Shown: piece after piece, positions 40,002 to 53,049 of the stretch | Layout of the letters: every line of letters begins with the position of its first letter | How positions within the stretch are numbered: the first letter of the stretch is position 1 | Source: Hydrolagus colliei | Lineage: Eukaryota | Direction: 5' to 3' | Assembly (NCBI GenBank): GCA_035084275.1 | Contig: CM068745.1 | Span: 44,578,001 to 44,642,000 of the forward strand | Length of the DNA: 64,000 nucleotides | Made by a program: the position numbers and the translations under genes | The notes under the pieces: generated by a model | Databases searched by the model: none | The model's input: only the letters and a program-made list of their open reading frames with translations | Told to the model about the DNA's origin: nothing

Positions 40002-40306
40002 TTGGTAGATATAACAATGATCCAAAATAGAAATTGGCGTAAATCATCAATGGTTCCTCATGGATTTCCTCAATATAGGAATTCAGACATGCATCATGTC
40101 ATCTCATGAGAACTCCTCTGATATAATCTACTTTCAAAAAGGAACACCTGCATTGGGATGACATATATCCACTTACTGGAAGGAATCACCATTTGGTTGT
40201 ATTTTTGACTTGAGAGCCTAGAAGAAGGCCTAAATCCTTTAGTGCAGGACATCCCAAAGATTGGAAAGAGTGGCTAGCAAGGCAAGCAACATCATACATA
40301 AATAAG

Positions 40307-40728
40307 AATAATAATCCTTGCATTGATATAGTGCCTCATCACATCTTTGAGACATCTCAAAGTGCTTCACAGAATATACTGCAAAGTGTAATTTGTTATA
40401 TTCAGAGTACTTTGTGTGCAACGGGGGAGAAATTCCCCCATTGCACATGGGGCGGACCTATTTTCTTGGGCATTTCCAAATGTATGAATCTATTTAAATG
40501 TATTCTTAATTACTGTTCTTTTATTTGTAAAAAAATAATTTCTGTATGTTCTGAAAAGGAATACAGAAACCCAACAGTATCTATAAATGTGTCAAATTTG
40601 TTATGCTCTGAAATGCTCAGAATATAATCTGGACACAGATGGAATTTCTCCCCAGAACCTCAAGGCAGAACAAACCAGGTACACACTTCTGAAACAATGA
40701 GGAATTGTAATTGTCTCTTCAAAAGTTA
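40307..40728 (-). repeat. Dispersed unit (unknown ~340-bp body + SINE-type 3' tail), copy 2
   Basis: Inverted homologue of 31343-31775. The ORF track shows the shared peptides SNL(S/L)CSEMLRI and IFLGIS...(F)(R/K)CI(F/L)NYC(P/S)FICK on opposite strands. Confidence 0.9.
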
Positions 40729-41119
40729 TTCAAAACAACATTGTTCCAGCGCCATGGGATGTCCTCCCAACATAAAAGACACTATACAAATGTAATTTTG
40801 TTGTTGTTGTTGTCGTTGTTTGGGTCAGGTTATATTTTATGGGCAAATCGCAGCAGCCATTGCACACAGCAGTCCAAAAAACAGTTGTGGATTGAAGTGA
40901 CAAATTTATTATTACTTTTTGAAGGAATTATTACCTCCGGAAAAGCGATCCGCCAAACACAGCGAAATTAAGAGGACAAAGTGTGTTTGGAATGATATAT
41001 TTAAAGTTTTTGGGAATCTGGAAACAAGAGTAGCTTTGTGCAGGAGAACAATAGCCATAGGTTAGGCTATCAGTGAACTTAGTCATTATAAGGAGAAAAT
41101 AATTATTGAGAGGAAAATG

Positions 41120-41378
41120 CAGTTATTCCCCGATTTACGACGTTTCTATTTACACAATTTTGATTTAACGAACATAATTTTTTAACACCTTTTTATCGAT
41201 ATACGACATTTGGTTTTGATTTAATGACAAAAAAATGTTTGTGCTTGCGCAGTACATAGTGTATTTTATGGGACTGAATGGGAAACCGCATTTCGATTTA
41301 CGACGTTTCGATTTATGACGTTTCGATTTGCGTGACTTTTTCAGGAGCGCAAACCTGTCGTAAATTGGGGGATACCTG
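41120..41378. mobile_element. Tigger-type MITE (family T4)
   Basis: 22-bp TIRs cagttattccccgatttacgac / gtcgtaaattgggggatacctg|ta (3 mismatches). Internal ttcgatttacgacg repeats. Confidence 0.85.
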
Positions 41379-44251
41379 TAATGTTTAATATGAGAGAAAA
41401 AACAAAGCTTCTGAATGGCCTTAAACAACAGTCAAAAAAGTATTAACCTCAGAAAGTGGCAACATAATTACTGTACTATGCAAGATAAGATAACTTAAAC
41501 ATAAAGGGTACCATCTGCAGGGAACCCCATGCACATTAGGTTGACCCACAAGAACTCAATTCCAAGGATGTCTCAGATTGATGCCAAGCTCCGCAAATTG
41601 ACGTGATGTGCGTGGGGTTCCTTTCACCAGATGCGTTTTCCGTCTCGAGAACATTTTTCTGCGTGAGGCAACACGATTTTAGCAGTCTCAATTATTTTTT
41701 TCAACCCCAAAGGCCTTTGTATCATGTATAGCCTTTGAACATCTTTTCACTACTTTTCAAAATCTGCTAATAACCATCAATTGCCTTCTCTTTATGTAGA
41801 TCAATTTACATTTAAAAAAAGGATTTAGGGTATTCTGATAATATTTGCTATTCTCAGACCTACAAAGAGGCTCCTCCAGTCCCGATGGTGTCAGTTCTGA
41901 AAAGGGTCACACATGAAACATTAACCTTTGTCGTTCAGAAACTGATTGATCTTCAATGTGGTTCCTCCATTCTCTCATTTTATTTTATATTTTCAGCATT
42001 TTTATGCCTACTGAAATGAACCCAGTGTCAAAACATTAGTAAACACAGTTCCAGTTCAGCCTTTTTTTTTATTTCAGGAAGCAGTGCTTTATTGAGATTA
42101 ACATTATGCATAGCAAGTACAGTATGATAACAATTTCAGCTTGGGTGATCTTGCAGCTTTTTATAGGATGAGTATTTCTTATAATTTGGCTGACAATTTG
42201 TTAATAAGTAATTCAATGGCAGTTGTTAATTTTCATCTTAAAGATTTAAATGCTTGTTTGCTTTACCAGCGTTAGTAATGAATAGATTAAACATTTCTCA
42301 TAATTTAGTGCTCCTATTTTCTATTTGGTAAATGGTTCTACATTTTGAAAATAAATCATTGGCAGATTATTAATATTTTGATGACATAAATTTGTTTTAA
42401 CTTTGGCACTGGTATGACTAGAAGACTGCTGGAGATTACCTGGCCTTAAATACACTTCCTGGTTACCCATCCTAGCTGATAATTAATCTCTATGTAAAAT
42501 AATTACTTCCTGTCAGTTGTCTGAAAATTCTCCTTCACCCCCTTGAACCTGTGCTCGCTTGTTATTCTGCCTTGTCATGGCTGAACACTTATGAATAAAC
42601 CTTCATCAGGAAGTCTTTTTTGGATAAGTGAACTCCAGATTAATTCATATGACAAGCAACACAACTGCAGATGCCAAAACTCTTGGACCGGCAGAAGAAC
42701 CTAACAGCAATACCGTCCATCCTTTTATACCACAACAATTTTGACCTGGAAATCCCCAAGGATAATCCATTTAACTAATGGGAAAATCTGTAATAGGGTC
42801 TAACTTTCATTAGATAGGAAGACTCCACATGCTGTGTAACCTTGGTTGTTTATGTCTTGGTCCAAATGGTTACAGACATTAAAGCTCTCTGAGACACTAC
42901 TCTGTGTGGAGGGCACTATATAAGTATAAGTTGCTGTTGTGAAGCTATTTGCGGCATCATTATCCATTTAAAATCATTAATGTGTTAAACAAAGTATGCA
43001 AAAGGGTTATTTTAATTTCCATTGCCAACATAATGAGATATAATATATCCTCCGGAGGAAAGGGGAAAGGGAAATGAGGAAAGAAAGCTGGTCTCCTTGG
43101 TGACAAACTTGGGATCTAAATTGAGTCAATCCTGTTTGACGGTATTGAAATTCAGATTGTCAGCAGGACTTGGTGCAAAAGGCTGGGGAAGGAATTCTTC
43201 CCACTTGGTCCATGTTAGCTATGGAAGCCAAACCCATAATTGGAAGAGGAATTAATCCTAATCAAGCAGTGGGAAGCTTGCCAGCAGTTGCATTTAGGGG
43301 CAAGCTATGTGGTTTTAGCCTGATATACTTGATCAGTACCCCAAGCCGAGGCTCTTGCCAATCTGTGATTTATACTCTTCAGAACTAGGTAATCTGGAGA
43401 GTGCACATGCTTTTCCACACACATATACGTCCATATGGAGGTGGCATATGTGGAGCTCTCAGTTTGGTTTGGATATACTTAAGCATAGTGATGAATTTTT
43501 ACATGTATCATATACACCCAACTAACCAAAAAATGCAATAAAGTTGTTCCACATCCTTTCATATGGAGCCTAGTAGGTCTGCAAAAATGTCCCGTTAGTT
43601 CAATTTACCCTTCAAAAATAGTTTCCAAGCAAAGATCATAAATTAACATATATCATTTTAATCAATTTATTAAATCCAGAGTTAAACAATATAAGTGAAG
43701 TGCCTTTCATTATTTTTCATAAATCAATAGAATACTTCATCTGAAAACTATTGTCGTAAAAGTAAAGACCTATTAATGCATGCAATGGTAAAAAATAATG
43801 AAATCATTCTGACTGAAGTATAGCAAACCTCTATTGGAATTAATCAATAGGTCTTGGTTGCCCAGCAACAAATATATCTCAGATACTCAGAATTCCTAAA
43901 GCGCATCAAATGTTTTAATCGACCCTCTTTGAACAAATTTTAAGAGCCGTTTTCTGTCATATACACACAAAGAATAATTAAATAGCATGAAAGTGAGTCA
44001 GATTGAAATTGTAATCACAAGATTCAGATTGTGGGGTTCCATGGTAATGCAAACTCTGGTTCTAGAATATGAACTCTTATGCCATGCCATTAAAAGAATG
44101 TATTCTCTTCAACCATATTACATCTACCAGCAGTTGCTGAATGTTTTTGATTTATTTTCCACTAGATCCTCATGCCATGGCTATCAGTTAAAGACATATG
44201 CTTGGTTCAAATGCTTATTGCTTTGGAGTATATTAGATAGTCTGTCTACAA

Positions 44252-44620
44252 AATAATGATATTAATCCTTGCATTTGATATAGAATGTAATCATGTCTTC
44301 GAGGCGTATCAACACGCTTCACAGAATATACTGTAAAGTGAATTGACTTTATATATATTCTGTGGGGGCAAAGTGGCATCCAATTGTGCACAGCAGTGTC
44401 CCGCCAACAATCATGGATTGAGTGACCAAATTATTATTTTTTGTAAGCTATTATTACACCCGGAAAAGTGATCCGCCAATCGATTAGCAACCAGGTTCCT
44501 ACGTCCTACTAAGTAAACAGAGGCAGATGGAGTAAGGAAATTTGGTCAACCCTGCCCAGGAATCGAACCTAGGTCCTCTCACTTGTGAGGAGAGTGTTGT
44601 AACCGCTGAGCTACAAGACT
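44252..44620 (-). mobile_element. tRNA-SINE subfamily B (extra ~70-bp segment between head and core)
   Basis: Same head, core and tail as family A, plus cggaaaagtgatccgccaa...caggttcctacgtcctactaagtaaac. Parts of this segment also occur at ~40930-40956 and ~47125-47165. Confidence 0.8.
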
Positions 44621-46453
44621 ATACTTCACAGTAAATCATGTGAAGTGCTGTGAGATGTCCTCCTGACTTGAAAGGAGCTTTATCAAATGCAAGGATTATA
44701 AGCACTGAAACACACGAGAAAAATTGAAAGGACGCTAGTTTATGCTTTTGATACGTTTTCTATTAAAGGTCAAAAATATTAACATTCAGTAAATCATGGA
44801 TCAGACAATGTAATATTATAGAGTTAATTAGATATTCTTTTTCCTATTATTGAATCAATAGATTCTTGTAATTTGAATTCAAAGGTTGTGAATAATGCTC
44901 ATTGCTTCATCATTTTCATGTTCATTTACAGTCCTTCCATTACAGACATTCTGTGAAGTGCTTTGAGACATCTAGAAGATGTGAAAAACACTATATCAAA
45001 TGCAAGGATTATTATTTACTGTTAAGTTAAAATTAAAGAACCAAGAAAGCAACTTCCCCCCTGAAACTGGTTACAAAGGGAACTGTTTCCTTAGCATATT
45101 AGAAAGTATTATTTTGAGTTTCCCTTTTCTATCACATTTAGCACTTTATAAATCTATAAACTCCCTCCAAGATAACTATTTCAAAGGCTAAAGAACTTAT
45201 CTAGTTATTCCTCACAGATAATCACTCTGAACTTTGGTGATAAGCCTTTTGTTTTTCTCTGCACTGCCTGTAGGGCCTTGGTGGATCACAAAAGAGATTT
45301 GAGATGTTAAAGGGCCATAGACAACATTTAACCTAATCTTTCCAGTCTTCCCAACAGTCCTCCCATCACAGCATCAAGCTTTTATTTTAAAAAAGTGAGT
45401 CCGGCATTCTGATCTCAACTACCCTTCCTGGTTACCTGTTCCAATCATTAATTATCTTTTGGGAAAATAAATACTTTCCAGTCTCTGTCATTAAATTGCC
45501 CTTTGCAACTCTAAACCTGTGTTCCCTTGTTATCCTGCCTTTGTGCATCCAAATGTATTGTTCCTCGTTACTTTCTCAATCCAAATACAATTTTATATGC
45601 CTCAAAAAGTTGGATTCTGAGTCATCTCATTTCAAGAACAAAATGCTTCTGTAACTGCAACCAGAATGATATACAGTACAATTTTATACAGAACTTGCAA
45701 GTATATTTTTAGGGTCAAGTTAATTTTAATGTGCGGTTGGCTGGAATGCTTTTGAAGTTAAAAAAAACCTCACAGAATACAATGCTTTTGATATTCCAGC
45801 AAATCTAATTTATTTCTCCTGAATACACAGGTTCAAATAATTGAGGGTTAGGAAATCAAGCATATTGTTTCAGTCCTTTCAATTTTAAAAGGATTGAAAT
45901 GGATGAGACACCAGGCAGACGTTTTGTCTGCACATTACCATAGTCTCTGTTTCCGGATACAATGGTTCATAATACGGAGGGTTAAAAAGCAGAGGACATT
46001 GTTTCAGTCTTATAATAAGATGGATGAGACACTAAACAGAATCCCTTTCTGGCACATTCATCTCTTTCTGATCAATAATCATCAACAAAACCATGTCCAT
46101 GAAAAACTCTTCCTGCGGGCAAGCCTGCCAGCTCCACTTCGATCACATGTCACTCTTTTGGTTGGATTGATCTTGTAACTGCCAGAAATATATCAGTTGG
46201 GCTTCTAACAAAACGCGCAGCGAAGAGCAGAGAATGTCAATGAAAAACCGCAATAGATAAGATGGACTGCACACCTTAGCAATGCTTCACATTTCTTTGA
46301 TAACACTGGGAACAGAGTTTGGTTCCAATGACCTCATATCATAAGAAAATGTGTGGACTGGAAAAGATGGAGACCATTCTATTTATCAGATCTGAGCAAA
46401 TCTATTAATCCGAATGGCCATGCATTCATCAAACCTCATGATATCTCTCTATA

Positions 46454-46710
46454 TCATAGAATCATAAAATGTTACAGAAGGAGGCCATTTGGTCCATCAT
46501 GTCTGTGCTGGCTCTTTGAAAAGAACTCTTCAAATCAAATCCATTCCCAGTGCTCTCCCCTGCATTTCAGGTGTCTGTCTATCTCTCTATTAAACATCCC
46601 TATTGATTCTGCGTCTACAACTTTCTTGAGCACAGCATTTCATATCTTCACAACATTCTGTGTGAAGAAATGCTTCCTGGCCTCAGTTCTAACAATCTTA
46701 GAAATTACTT
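46454..46710 (-). mobile_element. Old CR1 3' end
   Basis: tcatagaatcata...agaaggaggccatttggtccatcatgtctgtgctggctc...tgtgtgaagaaatgcttcc. Confidence 0.7.
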
Positions 46711-47501
46711 TTGAGACTCTGCTGCAGAAGAGGGCTCTATCTCATCGATCAATTTCTTTCAGACCAGGAAGAGAATATTAGCTTCCTCTTCAAACATGGC
46801 AATGCAAAGTTTTGAACTGCAACTGTAGACATTCTGTTTGTCTGAAGGAACTTATCAAACTTCTATACCTCATTCCTGAATAGGGAAACCTCACAAAAAA
46901 GATAGCTGTAAGTCACACTAATACAGCTCTATTAACTAAGGTTATACCCATAAAGTTATAACACTTTAATGTAGTTTAAACTAGTACAGTACTTAGTATA
47001 AACATTGTTTTTTATTATGGAAGGATTTTTTTTTACCATTTCTTTCTTTACACTACTGTCCCATTTCAAACCTTCCCTTCCTTGCCAAAGTCCTAGAACA
47101 TATTGTTGCAGATCAACCAATGACAACCAAACAGGTTCCTACTGACTACTAGGTAAACCAAGGTGTGTGGAGTAAGGAAACTTGGCCAACATTTCACCAT
47201 GCTGGGAACAGAACCAGGGTCTCTCGCTTGGGAGGAGACTGTTCTAATCACTGAGCTACAGGACTAAATATCTGGAATGTTAAAAGTATCAGGTCTTTCA
47301 TTTGGATTAGAGAAGTACGAGGTGCTCACTTTTGATTTTAAGGGCTTGGACCATGACGGGTCCATATAATGAAGGATAATTGAAAACATTGATATGAAAC
47401 AATCTCTGAAAGTGTGTGGCCTGTATTATGCATAGTTTGTGGTCAACCTTTAAATCCTCATATTCAATTTCCTCCATGCTTTCTGTTGTATCTTCCTTTG
47501 C

Positions 47502-47813
47502 GGAATCCTGTAGCTCAGTGGTTAGAGCACTCACGTACAAGCGTGAGACCTATGTTCTTATCCAGGCAGAGCGAAACCTTGGGCATGTTTCCTTACTCCA
47601 CACGCCTAATAATAATCCCTAAAAGAAACACAGTAATAAAATGGGTCATTTCAATCCACGACTGTTTGTGGGACACTGCTGTGCACAATTGGCTGCTGCG
47701 TTTTGCCCACAAATATACAGTCAAATCCATTTACAGTATATTCCGTGAAGTGCTTTGAGAAGACTAGAAGATGTGAAAAGCACTATATATAGTGCAAGGA
47801 TAATTATTATTAT
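47502..47813 (+). mobile_element. SINE family A, full length (head-to-head with a subfamily B head at 47125-47265)
   Basis: ggaatcctgtagctcagtggttagagcac...gggacactgctgtgcacaattggctgctgcg...gcaagga(tta)n. Confidence 0.9.
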
Positions 47814-48069
47814 ATAATCCATAATTTTTAATCTAAAATACTATTTTTCCAAAGCCCAGCTCTAACGAACTCTATATATACATACACAGTCACACACATA
47901 CACAAACACAGACTTTTTTTTTCCATTTGGGAGCTTTGACTCTCCTAGTTTCTGAACAGTCCAGCTCCCTTCAGGGTATTTGGTGCTGGTTCAAATGTGC
48001 AGGTTGCTGGTTGTGGAGTTCAGGATTCGTGACTGACAGCTAGATTTGGAAGCTTTGGAAGGTATATAT

Positions 48070-48540
48070 CCTGACCAAACTCTGTACCCACATCTCACCA
48101 GTTCTGGCCAGGCTTCACTGAATCACCATCACCAAATGGATCAACTTCAAGATCCTTATGCTTTGTGTTGAAATCCCTTTTCTCTCTGGCTTCTCTCTGG
48201 CACCTCCCTACCTCTCCGACCTCCTCACTCCCCAATTGACGAACCAGTGGCTCCAATCAACTTGTCCCAGCCCCTTGTTCATCCCTCCCACCCTCGTCCC
48301 ACCATTGGGGATCAAGCTTTCAGCCACTGAGCCCTGAAATTCTGGAACATTCCCTCAATCTCTCTGTGTTTCCCTTCTCTCTCCCTTCCTCAAGTCCCAT
48401 CTGAAAATGTTCCTTTTCAAAAAGTACTTTTGGTCACCTCTCCGGTCCTCCCCAGCTCAGAGTCAGGCTCCACCACTGTTAAATGCTCTGAGACACTATC
48501 CTGCATGAAGGGCTCTATGTAAGTTGTTTGTTGCTGTTGC
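48070..48540 (+). mobile_element. Old L2 second-family 3' fragment
   Basis: atcaacttcaagatcctt...cccaccattggggatcaagctttcagcc...gctctgagacactatcctgcatgaagggctctatg...ttgttgctgttg. Confidence 0.7.
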
Positions 48541-51500
48541 TATTTTGACAGAACCATACCTTCCAAAATCTACCAGTGAAAATATCCAAGGAAATGTCCA
48601 TGTGTTAAGTGAAGCACTTGCACAGTGGGCTGATCAGGAAAGAGATCTTGAGGTTATTGTAGATACTTTAAGCAAAACAAAGCATTCTTTCATTATGGAC
48701 TCCATTGGGTACATTTTGTGCACAGAATCAATACAAATTTATTGTAAATAATTCAATCAAACTGGCAGCTCAATAACTGATACAGAAAATAAAAGTGTCA
48801 AACAAGCCACTGGCTTGCATCAGTAGAGGGAGAGTTCAAATAGTAATCCTTGCATTTGGTACAGCATCTTACCACACTGTTGAAATATATCAAAGTACTT
48901 CACAAGATTTATTGCATTTTGGGATGTCCTTCCAACATGAATGTGTTATGTAATTGTAATTTTGTTGTTGGTGGTGTCGTTGCTGTGAAGTGAAGTGACT
49001 GTATTCGTAGATGGAAATGCTTTTTTTAACCCCAAAAATTATATATTTATTTATAAGTATAATATTTAGTACAACATTAATCCAAAACAAACACAAAGTA
49101 TAATATCTTCTTTTCCATTTCTCCTTTTCTCTGAATATAAAAACATTCCATTGTTTACAGTACATTTCTTCAAATCACACAGGTTGTGCAGTTTTGTTTA
49201 GGACATTCCCTTTAAAATCTGTGTTTTTAAAAAGTATATATGTTTACAGTATTTATAAATATATTTATGAAATGAATCCCAAACCAAATACAACAGCTCA
49301 AACAGATGTTATATTGTTGCATTAGGATATGTCAGATCCTGCCTATGTGCAGTTTTGCTCACCTCATCAAATGCTATATTTATAAAGGACGTTTGATAGC
49401 AATTCTTCTCAAACAAACAATTTGTGTAAAACAAACACAAGGATTCCAACAGAATGAACAGGAGAAGCTATTTTCAGGAGCACAGTGATTTATATTACAG
49501 TATGTGGTACAACTACTGTGAATGGTACAATTCCTTTTGGGCTCCCTCTCTCAAGATCCTTTCAAGAGCAAATTAGTTTAGCGGTAAAGACTTCCTTTTA
49601 CTAATCTATGTTAAGGGAGAAACTGCAGGGTAAACAACACGTATGGGGTTTTCAAATTCTGAGAATATTCTCATCTATAAATTGCAATTCACTTCTTGAA
49701 AATGTAATGAGAATAGATAGGAATGCGGATGAATTGAGTGGAACATTGTCTCTTTGGTGTCATATATCTCGTTCACAAATCTAATACAAGTGTCTAAATA
49801 GGTGGTGGATCTCAGAGATTAAGGGACTCAACCTACATGTTTCTGATAGTTACTTGAGTGAAAAAGACCTTAGAGAAGAATCAAATACCTGAGCTAATCG
49901 TCTTGGTGTCAAAATCTGTCTGGGGTTATTTGTAATACTATACAGAACATATGTGGAATCATAATTCACATACTGCTATCATAATGGTGCTAATACCCAG
50001 CAGAAAGGTAAGTGATAAAGCATGTGTTATTCTGTGTTCTTGTGCAGATTTCAAGGGCATCAGAGAAGCCTGGATGACTGGGAAAGCAAAAGAGAAACAT
50101 TGCAGTGACCTGCAGCTTTTCTTCCATTCACATTGGAGTAATCCATACACTGGAACATTACAGCACAATTCATCCCAGCTGACAGTTCTGAATAACTAAC
50201 TGCTTCTTTAATTGCTGGTAATTAACCCTAATGCTATAATTCTGCTGTTGCAGACAGGAAGCAATTTTTCCATTTCTGCCCATGCAATGAATGAAGACAG
50301 AAAATATTATGGCACAGACACCATTGCACACATGGTATCATTCTGGTGTATCTGTAAAAGTTTTGCCCTCGAGTGACTTTTCGATTCACTAAGGAGCCTG
50401 AAAACAAATTAGAGAAGCTGCTAGGAGTAAAAATGTGATCAGCATCGGGGGCCAGGCACTGTTGAAAGTCAGAGTATGATAAACTGTAATTATTTCTCCT
50501 CTGGTGAAAAAGTGGTATAGCTCAAAACGAATTCAACATTCATTAGAAAATGATGCAAACTGAAACAGCAGGTAAGTACTGCTCACAGCTAAGGATGACT
50601 CTTAATGATGGTCATAACCTTGAAAAATACTTCCATTAAGCTGTACAGTCTTACACATCATCTGTACTTGGAGGGGCAGCCAGAGCTTTTGCTCGCTTGA
50701 TTCTTGTTTAAAGGCAGAAGTTTAATCCGTTATGTGGAGGTTGGGAACATACAGAGAACTGTAACTTAAATTGCAATCAGTCCTAAGCTTCCAACAAAAT
50801 TGAACATCCATATTCATTATTTGATTGTTAGAGTTAATTATTTCATAAATCCATAGTTTGATTTTTCACAAATCCATCATTTGTTTGTAATTTCCCCAGT
50901 TTACATAGGAAAATACTAGCAACAACAACAACAAAATTACACTTGTACAGCGCCTTTCGCGTCAGGAGGACGTCCATTGATGACTGAAGATCTCATCAGG
51001 AGATCATCAATGTTAACATCAAGCAAATGGTTCCAAAATGTAATTTTTGTTTTAAAAGGGTAGTGCTGCAATTTTGCGCTCAGTCATCACTAAAAGTCGA
51101 TAACTACACTCTGTAATCTGCCAGCTGTATATCAGCTAAAACTGATCATTATGAGATTTTTTTTAAAAAGCTAGTCAAATTTTTTTTCATTTTGCTGGAA
51201 TAGATATTATCCCAACAACAAAAATCAAAACTGGATGTAAAATTGATGCTTTGATGTTTCAATATGTTCCTGGGCCTAGTTTGAAATTGTAAACAATGCT
51301 GGGGTTGCATCAGAAAGAGAAACCTGAGATATTATAAGTTGCAGAATCACTCTTGCTATCAACTTCAGCAAATGACAATAAATTGAAAATCAACCGTTAT
51401 TCCAATGCTCTAATGTGTGGGACTGCCATGCTTTTTTATTCTGTAATAAAAACAAATTTCACATTGAAATGCCTTTATCTGTTGTGGCCACAAATACTTT

Positions 51501-53049
51501 GAAAATAAATCTATCATGATCATTTGGGGACTGGGAGGGTATTGCCCTTTTCTTGTATTTGTAAAGCTATCACCAGATCTATAGCCAAGTGTATCAGCTG
51601 AAAGCCCTGTGTTTACTTTTCTGGTACTTGCAGAGTTGAGTGCCAGGGATAGTGGGTGCTGAACAAGGTCTGGATGGGGATGCAGTTGAGTGTCTAACTT
51701 TCAAATTACATGAATAGCAAACTAAATTATGCTCTATATGAGACTCCAGGCCTGCAATTCATGGTTTGTTCTCCACAACTTTCAAATGGTCTAACAAGCA
51801 ACTCAGTCAGATCAACCAGAGATTAGCAAAACATGTTGACTAGTCACACATCCTCAGAAGAACTTTATAAAAAAATGGGCACTCAAGGAACACAGAATAT
51901 TCATCACATGCAATTTCCTGCTTTTATGTGGCTAGACTGTTAAAATGAGAAAAAAGGTGACATTTAAGCTTTACTTGGCAGTAACGTGGTTACAACAGAA
52001 TGAAACATAGCATATCAGAGCATTCCGAATTTGACAAATTGTTAGGTACAACCTTAATTTTGAAACCAATTTTCAGTGAGTTCTTTTAAAATAAATATAG
52101 AAAAGTAACTTAAAAGTTAAGAATGCATTAAACTATTTAAAAAATTCTGAGTACTCTAAAATATAATATTAATTGAGTAAATCTAGATTTGGATGGAATT
52201 TCTCCCTAATAGACCGGAAGGAATGACAAAGTTCCAGAAACCCATTACATCTGCTCCCTGAAGAAATCTCCTTGTTACTCTGGAGACTCAAAGCACAGAG
52301 GTGTCCAACCTGAGTCGTCACTGATGCTTCCAATGGAGTATTGGAGCAGGGAGGCTCTTATTGGACGAAATTGACAACATCGTAAAAAGTCCAGCTCCTG
52401 TGAATTGTTCCTGATTACATTATATATGATATTATATATATCCAAAGTATTTAGTAAGAAGCCTGTGATTGGCTATTTTCAACAAATATTACTTTCAGTT
52501 GGCCAGCTGGGCAATAAAATACCTTTTTGTTAATGACTCTAGTGATTTGTTTTGACCCAAAAATGCATGAATTATGAATGATACTTGTGACAAAGTTACA
52601 ATCTTGGAAATTAAGCATCCTCCCATTATGGAAGGTAAGGATTATTGACTATTAATATCACTAAAGGAGGTAATCCAGTTAGAAGTGTGATTCGCCCACA
52701 AATTATACAGTCACCCCACTTTAAAGTACATCCTATAAAGAGCTCTGAGACCTCTCAATGAAGTGAGAAGGCAGTATATCAAATACAAGGATTATTATTG
52801 ATTAGAAAACATTTGTGTGTGTAAGAAATGTGGGATGTACTGTCCCAGAAGGGTGCAGGTGTGGGATCACTTGGGATGTTTAAAAGGGATATACAGTACA
52901 GTATATAGATACTTAGGAATTAAAGGGTATGGATAAAAGATATATAAATAATATTAAAAGATCTGTCATGATAAAATGAACAGGTGGAGCGTGATCTGAA
53001 TAGTTTCCTTCAATTCCAATATTCCAAAGAAGAATGCCACCTACTGTCA

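Noticed and set aside
50000-50580. Two consensus plus-strand splice donors (AG|GTAAGT near 50008 and 50572) hinting at an antisense transcript
   Set aside because: An 8-mer is expected about this often by chance, and there is no supporting exon or ORF structure.
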